Below are positions 1 through 6,452 of a stretch of DNA of 64,000 nt, in pieces. The DNA comes from Pseudomonadota bacterium (lineage in GTDB: Bacteria; Desulfobacterota; SM23-61). The notes below the pieces were generated by a model. The model saw only the letters and a list, made by a program, of their open reading frames with translations, was not told the origin of the DNA and ran no database searches. The stretch spans positions 236-64,235 of the forward strand of contig JAHJQK010000075.1 in the NCBI GenBank assembly GCA_018819135.1. The letters run 5' to 3'. Both the position numbers and the translations under genes were made by a program. Position 1 is the stretch's first letter, and each line of letters starts with the position of its first letter.

Positions 1-105
1 CGCGCTGCGCGCGCCCGAACGGCGAGTTGCGCGGAGCGCCTCGCCCGATTTGTCCGACCGCGCGCTGATTCGCGCGGCCGAACAAAATCGTTCGAGCCGT
101 TAGCC
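1..105 (+). other. 3' portion of a long attC-type recombination site (window begins inside it); R' core GTTAGCC at 99-105
   Basis: 1-99 is 98/99 identical to 4321-4419, and its last ~48 nt recur at 2638-2685. The three copies diverge immediately after ...GCCGTT, the G|TT crossover position of a GTTRRRY-like core. Confidence 0.7.
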
Positions 106-124
106 GTAAGGATGAGGAACTACA

Positions 125-1102
125 ATGAAGAAAGCTGTTTTTATATCATCAACCTTTGAGGATCTGAAGAATCACAGACGTAAAATATGGGACCTCCTGG
201 AAAAATTCCATGTTGACGTCCGTGGTATGGAGCGATTTGGAGCACGGAAAGAGGCTCCGCTAATAACATGCCTTAGTGAGGTCGAACAATGTGATATTTT
301 TGTTGGCATACTCGCCTTCCGTCTAGGTAGTATCGATGAAGATTCAGGCAAATCCTTTACCCAAAGAGAGTATGAAAGGGCCTATGAGCTAAATCGTGAG
401 ATTCTCATATATATGATTGATGAAAAGGATTCACTGATTTCGCCTCAGAATATTGACTTTGATGAAAAACGGGAAAGGCTCATAGCTTTTAAATCAATTC
501 TCAGGGATAGGCACACGGTTGACTTTTTCCTGTCCGAGGATGACTTAGCAGAAAAACTGAAGAGAAAGTTCGATGAGCTTCTCGCATCAAAAGAACTTAG
601 GGAGGACACCTCCACCGACGAATACGGGAATTCTAAAGAAATCATTGGAAAATTTCTGCTGCTTCCGAAAGTCTATTCAGGTCGGGTGGTCAAGCTGAAG
701 GTAGACTTCGTGGGTAATGCTTTCCCAGCTTCAAAATCCCTGTGCTCGAACTTCAATCTCGAATACGGCAAAACGATCGGGGTTAAAGTCAAAATCAAGG
801 CGCCATTGCTTGAGGATGATGCGATCGAGTATGTCTTTGTCGATCAAGGTAACTTAAATGATTTCTTTTCACTGCGACACCGAAAGGAAATAGAAGTCTA
901 TGGGAAGCTTCAGTTTTCGGAAAACAAAATCGAGGAGTTGAAAGCCAATTTTGTAAGGAAGGAATATTATGTTGGAGGAGTCGCTTCTCTATCCCTAAAT
1001 CTGATGGATGCCGAAACCAAAAGAAGCCTGTTTGGAGAGAGGAGAATTGTTGAGGCAGACGGGAGAGTCATCATAAAGCTTACCAAGATCATGGCCACAT
1101 GA
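125..1102 (+). CDS. DUF4062-domain protein (TIR-like / deoxyribosyltransferase-like N-terminal fold) with an uncharacterised C-terminal half; cassette 1
   Basis: 325-aa ORF with an AGGATGAGG SD-like run upstream. The N-terminus (KAVFISSTFEDLKNHR...CDIFVGILAFRLGS...SFTQREYERAY...ILIYMID) fits the DUF4062 pattern from memory. Residues ~165-325 match nothing I recognise. Confidence 0.75.
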   Translation: MKKAVFISSTFEDLKNHRRKIWDLLEKFHVDVRGMERFGARKEAPLITCLSEVEQCDIFVGILAFRLGSIDEDSGKSFTQREYERAYELNREILIYMIDEKDSLISPQNIDFDEKRERLIAFKSILRDRHTVDFFLSEDDLAEKLKRKFDELLASKELREDTSTDEYGNSKEIIGKFLLLPKVYSGRVVKLKVDFVGNAFPASKSLCSNFNLEYGKTIGVKVKIKAPLLEDDAIEYVFVDQGNLNDFFSLRHRKEIEVYGKLQFSENKIEELKANFVRKEYYVGGVASLSLNLMDAETKRSLFGERRIVEADGRVIIKLTKIMAT

Positions 1103-1285
1103 ATTCAAACCCACTACGCCCAACGGCACAAACGGAGGGCTCAAACCCTGACGGCTTCGTCTGTACCGCGCACGTTGCTTGTCTGTCCATTGCGGGCAAA
1201 AAGCAAAAGTAGAATGGCGCCCATTAAATTATGAAATCCTGGAAAAGACGTAAGGTTAAGGACGCAGGAAATTGAACAAAAACTC

Positions 1286-1348
1286 GCCTAACCAGGCGGT
1301 CCACCGGATCGCCGATAAATCCGGCTCCCGGTGACCTTTTTGTTCGAC
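1286..1348 (+). other. attC site (63 nt) closing cassette 1
   Basis: GCCTAAC(R'')-CAGGC-GGTCCACCGG ... CCGGTGACC-TTTTT-GTTCGAC(R'). Geometry is 7-5-L''...L'-5-7, with one unpaired C in top-strand L''. The R'' is a canonical RYYYAAC. Confidence 0.75.
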
Positions 1349-1401
1349 CGCTAACGCAAGACCGGAAAAAAACTTCCGGAATCCAATGATGTGAGGCTGC
1401 A

Positions 1402-2523
1402 ATGCATGGTCCCTACTTCGAAGGCCAACAGCCGAGTGCATGCGGGCACTACTACCCGGATGTCCAGAGATTGCGCGACGAACGCCGTAAAGACGGTTCG
1501 CTCGTTAGATTAATTCAATGTCGGTGGTGTGGCAGAAGCGAACGCGTTATCGACCCTGAACAGTTTAATCCCGATGGTGTTACAGAACTGTCAGAAAAGG
1601 GAGTAAGTCTTCGGTTGGACGAAGAGACTTGGTTAGAGTCAAGTGAAGATGTGAGCGGAATGAATGCACTTGCGGCATTCAATCTCTCGATCCTTGCGAA
1701 CTTCGCCGAGGTATTGCCATTCGTCGTACCGCCCGGTGACAAAAACCGCGACCCACAACCTGGATATGCATTGCTCATGCGTACCCTGGAACTTTTCATC
1801 ATCCAGGTCTTTGCGTCGCTCGATTTGCCCACCATTCCGAAGAGCCGAAGTGCACATGACCTGCTTCACGAAATGGCTGAGCACAAAGCTCTTCCGCCGA
1901 AGCTCCTTGAAGAAATGTCTGAATTGATGGAAAAAAGGGGACTATTCATCCACGCGCTGGAGTCAAGCGTAACACTGAGAATGCTACGTCATGATGCCAT
2001 CCGCGTCGCTCGAATCATCTCATGGTACACGTTCGAATTCGAACGTGCCCACCGAGTCATGCATTTGGACGTACCACAACGAAGTGTCCCGCAGGCGTTC
2101 GATGCACACGGATCGCGCAAACTCTTTCTATGTTACGCGCGCGAAGACGTCGAACGCGCCTTGCACCTTTACAGAATACTGAAGAAACGCGGACATAAAC
2201 CATGGATGGACAAGAAGGACCTGCTTCCCGGTCAAAATTGGGAGCACGAAATCGAAAAAGCGATTCGTGAATCCGCCTTTTTCATCGCCTGCCTTTCACC
2301 GGCCAGCGTCAGCAAAAGGGGGTTCGTCCAAAAGGAGGTCCGCTACGCTCTGCGGGTATTAGACGAGATTCCGCAGAATCAAATATTCATCATTCCAGTC
2401 ATGTTGGAACCATGCAATCCACCGGATCATCTCAGGTCGTTGCAATGGATAACAATTGAGAGTCGTGAGGGCCTTGATAAAATGTTCCGAGCAATTGAAG
2501 GTGTCGATGGGACATCGAATTAA
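1402..2523 (+). CDS. TIR-domain protein with N-terminal Cys/His cluster and a helical HEPN-like (DUF4145-like) middle region; cassette 2
   Basis: 373 aa, GTGAGG SD 5 nt upstream. The C-terminus (KLFLCYAREDVERA...WMDKKDLLPGQNW...AFFIACLSPASVSKRGFVQKEVRYAL) is TIR-like. The middle has RGLFIH (Rx4H). The N-terminus has CGH...CRWCG. Confidence 0.8.
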   Translation: MHGPYFEGQQPSACGHYYPDVQRLRDERRKDGSLVRLIQCRWCGRSERVIDPEQFNPDGVTELSEKGVSLRLDEETWLESSEDVSGMNALAAFNLSILANFAEVLPFVVPPGDKNRDPQPGYALLMRTLELFIIQVFASLDLPTIPKSRSAHDLLHEMAEHKALPPKLLEEMSELMEKRGLFIHALESSVTLRMLRHDAIRVARIISWYTFEFERAHRVMHLDVPQRSVPQAFDAHGSRKLFLCYAREDVERALHLYRILKKRGHKPWMDKKDLLPGQNWEHEIEKAIRESAFFIACLSPASVSKRGFVQKEVRYALRVLDEIPQNQIFIIPVMLEPCNPPDHLRSLQWITIESREGLDKMFRAIEGVDGTSN

Positions 2524-2553
2524 AGGCATCCGACATTAACTTTAATCAGCGCG

Positions 2554-2691
2554 GTCGAACAAAGCGTTGCACCGGAGCGGCGGGCAGCGCATCTTCTGAG
2601 AATGGAAGTCGTTCGCCGCCGCCCGGTGAAATTATTCGTTCGGCCGCGCGCTGATTCGCGCGGCCGAACAAAATCGTTCGAGCCGTTGGAC
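2554..2691 (+). other. long composite attC-type site closing cassette 2 (R'' GTCGAAC 2554-2560; R' GTTGGAC 2685-2691; inner R'-like GTTCGGC 2638-2644)
   Basis: R'' is the exact complement of cassette 2's first bases (G|TTCGAC at 1342-1348). There is a long imperfect palindrome CACCGGAGCGGCGGGC...GCCGCCGCCCGGTG. The 3' 48 nt are shared with 52-99 and 4372-4419. Confidence 0.65.
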
Positions 2692-2698
2692 ATAACAT

Positions 2699-4242
2699 AT
2701 GAAAATTAAAAAAGAGTCAATTAAATGGGCATTAAAATCTCTTGAAAATTTAGGAGATAGCGACCTGTTTGCCCGACCTTTCGAACTTTCAATCATCCAA
2801 GATTTAGGTGATATCGCCGTTTCGGAATTAGCCTCCTTGGATTTATCTTCTTTTGGCTACGGTCCTTCTCGCAGATTCATTGTTCCAAAAGATGACCTAT
2901 CATATCGCACGGCATCCCAATTAGATCCTCTAAACAGTGTGCTACTAACAACGTTAATTTATGAATATGGGCATCTAATTGAAGCCAAAAGGAGGTCAAA
3001 AGAAGAAAAAAAGTTTTTAGTTATCGTTTTGCTCCGGATACCGACGGACAACTCTATGATTCCGCTAATTCATGGAATGATTTTTGGAGGACTTGCTACG
3101 AAGTCTCCCAAAAGTATAATTACGTTGTAATTCTAGATATAGCTGATTTTTATAACCAAATTTATCATCACGCCCTTGAAAACCAACTAATAGATGCTGG
3201 GTTACCAAATCAGGCGCTGAAGTGGATTATTGGACTATGCAGCGCTCTATCAGCAAAAGTCTCCCGAGGTGTACCAGTTGGGCCTCATGCTTCTCACATT
3301 CTCGCTGAGGCAGTCTTGTCGCCTGTAGATAACGTTCTATCTCATCAGGGAATAAATTTTTGTAGGTATGTTGATGATATCGTTCTTTTCGCCGAATCAG
3401 AGATAGAAGCACGATCTCTCATTTTAACGCTCGCAAACACTCTTGACAAACAGCAAAAGTTGCTGATCCAAAGACATAAAACCCAATTAATGGATCGTGA
3501 TAAATTTCGAAAGTTTTGCCTCGAAATGATAGAAGATAGACCCATAGACGATCTTGAAAGGGATCTAGTTTTAATCATTCAAAAACACTCTCATGGTAAC
3601 CCTTATAGAATAGTCTGGATAAGCGAATTGTCTGACGACGAGCTTTCGAAATTTAGACCTGATGTAATTGAAAAGATTGTTACAGATTATTTAGAGAAGC
3701 CAGAACCAGATTATATAAGGTTGAGATGGTTTATAAGAAGGTTAGCTCAAATTGGTCACCCGGCAGGCATTAATATATTTCTTCGCGAGTTTTCAAGACT
3801 TTTGCCAGCCTTGAGTGAAATTTGCCGCTATTTTCTGGCTGTAAGTCAGGTGACTGATCTCGATTGGGAAAATATTGGTCAAGATCTGTTAACTTTCTTC
3901 GAGAATAAAATAATTAAATCAAATGAATATTACCAACTCTCTATTTTATCTCTATTTGCAAGTCAGCAAAAATTTGACAATTTACCGAGTATAATAAAAC
4001 TTTATCAAAATGCGTCGCCGTATTTGAGGAGAGAAATTATTATTTGCGCAGCAAAACATAATGCGACTGATTGGATCAGAGAGCTAAAAGAAACTTTCCC
4101 AACTATGGATCCCTGGAATCGTAGAGCCTTTATCTATGCATCATCAATTTTCCCTGCAGAAGAAAGAAAATTCTTCTTAAAAAATATTCAAGGCAATGAT
4201 TTATTGGAGGAATTAATTATCAAATGGATTAAATCGGAATAA
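2699..4242 (+). CDS. reverse transcriptase of the defence-associated UG/Abi type with a long alpha-helical C-terminal region; reading frame broken once (frame 2 to frame 1) at the A7 run 3006-3012; cassette 3
   Basis: Track ORFs 2699-3130 and 3316-4242 are joined by open frame 1 from 2983. RT motifs seen: RRFIVPKDDLSYR, ILDIADFYNQIYHH, GVPVGPHASHILAE, FCRYVDDIVLF (YVDD). One extra A would restore a ~514-aa protein. Confidence 0.8.
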
Positions 4243-4245
4243 ATT

Positions 4246-4425
4246 GTCCAACAATCGGCTGAAGATGGACTGGCAAATGAGCGCAGCGGATTTGCTAGCC
4301 ACTTAGCCGAAGCGTTCGGTCGCGCTGCGCGCGCCCGAACGGCGAGTTGCGCGGAGCGCCTCGCCCGATTTGTCCGGCCGCGCGCTGATTCGCGCGGCCG
4401 AACAAAATCGTTCGAGCCGTTGGGC
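4246..4425 (+). other. long composite attC-type site closing cassette 3 (R'' GTCCAAC 4246-4252; R' GTTGGGC 4419-4425)
   Basis: R'' is the exact complement of cassette 3's first bases (G|TTGGAC at 2685-2691). Contains the 99-nt block also present at 1-99 and the hairpin GTCCGGCCGCGCG-CTGATT-CGCGCGGCCGAAC. Confidence 0.65.
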
Positions 4426-4437
4426 AGAGGAGAAGGC

Positions 4438-4905
4438 ATGAAGACCCTGTTTGAAGTTTGTGTCAAGCAGATGAACGAAGACAACAGCCGCTTCTGGACC
4501 GTCTTTCACGTTTTTACGTTGATGAACGGGGGACTGCTCGCCTTGTCTGCCTCAAGCAGCACCAACCCGGAGGTGAAACTTGGCATAGCTATTGTCGCGG
4601 GACTCATCTGTGTGCTCTGGCGACAGATACAAGCAAGGATGGGTTTCTGGTCCCGACGGTGGGAAGAGGATGCTGAGCGCATTGAGGAACTTTATGTCGC
4701 TGACGTTAACGAGGAACGTCAGCGGAACAACCTTCCCCCTCTACCGAATACGGCGAAGGTTTTTCTTGGGCGCAAGCCGAAAACGAGAGGCAAAGGAGAG
4801 AAACGGTGGCCTGGCATGTCCACAAGGAATGCAGGGACGTATCTCCCACTTTTGTTCTTGCTTGCTTGGGTGCTGTTCTTCGGGGCAACGCTTCGGGGTC
4901 TATGA
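4438..4905 (+). CDS. small predicted membrane protein (about 3 TM segments), no recognised family; cassette 4
   Basis: ATG at 4438 preceded by GAGGAGAAGG. Hydrophobic stretches: FWTVFHVFTLMNGGLLALSA, LGIAIVAGLICVLW, YLPLLFLLAWVLFFGATL. The track start at 4420 is the TTG of the R' box and is unlikely to be the real start. Confidence 0.6.
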   Translation: MKTLFEVCVKQMNEDNSRFWTVFHVFTLMNGGLLALSASSSTNPEVKLGIAIVAGLICVLWRQIQARMGFWSRRWEEDAERIEELYVADVNEERQRNNLPPLPNTAKVFLGRKPKTRGKGEKRWPGMSTRNAGTYLPLLFLLAWVLFFGATLRGL

Positions 4906-4949
4906 ATCTCGGGGGCGCCACGCGTGGAGCCGGTCCAGCAGCAGGCTCT

Positions 4950-5008
4950 GCCCAACACGCCGCTCCAGCCGACGCGGTAGTCCGCGCGGCTGAGCGGCAA
5001 CGTTGGGC
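4950..5008 (+). other. canonical attC site (59 nt) closing cassette 4
   Basis: GCCCAAC-ACGCC-GCTCCAG-CCGACGCGGTAGTCCGCGCGG-CTGAGCG-GCAAC-GTTGGGC. R''/R' match 7/7 and fit RYYYAAC/GTTRRRY exactly. One unpaired C in top-strand L''. R'' complements cassette 4's first bases (4419-4425). Confidence 0.85.
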
Positions 5009-5463
5009 ATGAGATAGATCATGTCGATATCTGACAAGACAAGAAAATGGCGTGAAGCGGGACGCCCTTAAATAATTCAATTTCTGGCTTTTGTGGTTTA
5101 TAATGCTACCTCCAGGGAGAGGTTTATAGATTCTTCCCCGAAGTAGAACCATGATTTTTTATTTCACCATCCCCAATATCGCTCCACCAACCTTCTGGAG
5201 CCGATAACTCGCTTCAGCCGGTAATCCTTCAAACTGCGCCGCCCTTGTATAAGCATTCACGACATGGAACATAGTATTTCCCGCTTCTTAATTCCATTCC
5301 CATTCAACCGCTTCCCTTTCCTTTTCCCCAAGCTGGAATTGCCGGTTGAAGTTTTTAAAGAACTCCGCATCCAGATGACACTGAACCTGGGTATCAAGGC
5401 CATATCCAGCGGGTTGTACTGGGGGGCATATAGGAAGCAGGCGATCTAGACCCTTGCGATCTT

Positions 5464-5916
5464 TCACTGCAGGAAATCATCAAGAACCAGAATGGTTATT
5501 CCTTCAGCCCGGAGAGTACGCAGACGGGCATCATTGGTTATAAAAGCATCTGCCTTTTCAATTATTGACGTAGCCATCAGGAGGGCATCCGGAGTTCGGA
5601 TTCTATATTTAGAACGAAGGCGCGCGGCTTCCCTGGCGATGAGGTAATCCGGAGATTTTAGTTCCGTATTTGGTAGGGAGAAAAGAAAGCGTTCAAAAGC
5701 CGCGATTCGGTCCTGCTGGCCAGCGGTAAACGGTTGGACCAAAAGCTCGGTCACGGAAACTGTAGATAATACTGCGATCAAAGAACCTTCGGCAACCGCT
5801 GCAAAAATATTTTCCGTCAAATTCGCATACGGCTCCAGATCTTCGAGGTGATAAATCAGAAGGGAACTATCTAATCCTACTTTCTTCAGCTTTTTTAATT
5901 CATTCTGAAATGCCAT
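5464..5916 (-). CDS. vapC: PIN-domain toxin (VapC family)
   Basis: 150 aa. Has VGLDSSLLIYHLED ... TVSVTELL ... ITNDARL acidic PIN signature positions. Sits 4 nt downstream of the AbrB-type antitoxin gene. Confidence 0.8.
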   Translation of the reverse strand: MAFQNELKKLKKVGLDSSLLIYHLEDLEPYANLTENIFAAVAEGSLIAVLSTVSVTELLVQPFTAGQQDRIAAFERFLFSLPNTELKSPDYLIAREAARLRSKYRIRTPDALLMATSIIEKADAFITNDARLRTLRAEGITILVLDDFLQ

Positions 5917-5920
5917 GATC

Positions 5921-6172
5921 CTATGCCCACGACCGGCGTTCCTTCTCGAGATACCGTTCCACTGCCTTTCGATCTTTTCCCCATGTCCCCTTCATCAGGC
6001 CCCGGGTCGTCTTGGCATATTCCCGCGGGCGTGTTAAAACAACCTTTCCAGATTCGAAAGTAACGAGGAGTTCTTCTCCTTCCTTCACCCCTAAGGCTTC
6101 CCTCATTTCCTTGGGAATCACAAATTGCCCTTTTTTGCTTATTCTTACCGCCTTTATAATATTCATACTCAA
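5921..6172 (-). CDS. vapB: AbrB/SpoVT-family antitoxin (VapB-type)
   Basis: 83 aa. AVRISKKGQFVIPKEMREALGVKEGEELLV is a typical SpoVT/AbrB swapped-hairpin motif. Forms an operon with vapC. Confidence 0.75.
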   Translation of the reverse strand: MSMNIIKAVRISKKGQFVIPKEMREALGVKEGEELLVTFESGKVVLTRPREYAKTTRGLMKGTWGKDRKAVERYLEKERRSWA

Positions 6173-6177
6173 TCCTC

Positions 6178-6426
6178 CTAAGTCATATTATAAATAAAAT
6201 GGTAAGAAAATTGCAAGAGTAAATTGGGAATGGGACTATGGAACTTTGTATTTGGTATTATGTCCCCGGAATACCCGAGAATATTGACATCGTGAACTTT
6301 GCCATGAGTTATGCGGATAAAACAGGGAATGCTTCCCCGCAAATCCATGAGGGTATGGACCTTGACAGCCCCTTTGTGTTTGCGAAAATGGGCCCAGGGA
6401 AACAGGGTGAGGTATCTTTCCGTCAT
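6178..6426 (-). pseudogene. fragment of an IS4/IS5-type DDE transposase
   Basis: FPWAHFRKHKGAVKVHTLMDLRGSIPCFIRITHGKVHDVNIL is the start of a DDE_Tnp_4-like catalytic domain. Only ~60 informative residues remain; no N-terminus or rest of the DDE triad. Confidence 0.6.
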
Positions 6427-6452
6427 CGCCAGGGTCTTTGATAGGGCTTTAA

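Noticed and set aside
1117-1176. A second attC-like palindrome right after ORF1 (GCCCAAC-GGCACAAACG...CGTCTGTACC-GCGCAC-GTTGCTT).
   Set aside because: Spacer geometry is asymmetric (0 versus 6 nt). The R' box is poor (GTTGCTT), and its R'' does not complement the cassette start. It may be a relic, but I cannot support calling it a functional site.
1-4425. The repeats preceding the RT gene could be a retron msr/msd or a DRT-type ncRNA.
   Set aside because: The same module precedes the DUF4062 and membrane-protein genes too. The sites have attC geometry (R''/L''/L'/R', 5-nt spacers, extrahelical base), and copy identity stops exactly at G|TT. The RT has YVDD and a long helical C-terminus rather than retron-type features I would recognise.
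4458-5152. Several overlapping 68-148-aa ORFs on both strands over cassette 4 and its attC (4592-4993, 4706-5152, 4719-5000, 4806-5012).
   Set aside because: They are GC-rich-region artefacts with Arg/Ala/Ser/Pro-rich low-complexity translations. They overlap the better-supported 4438-4905 ORF and the attC palindrome.
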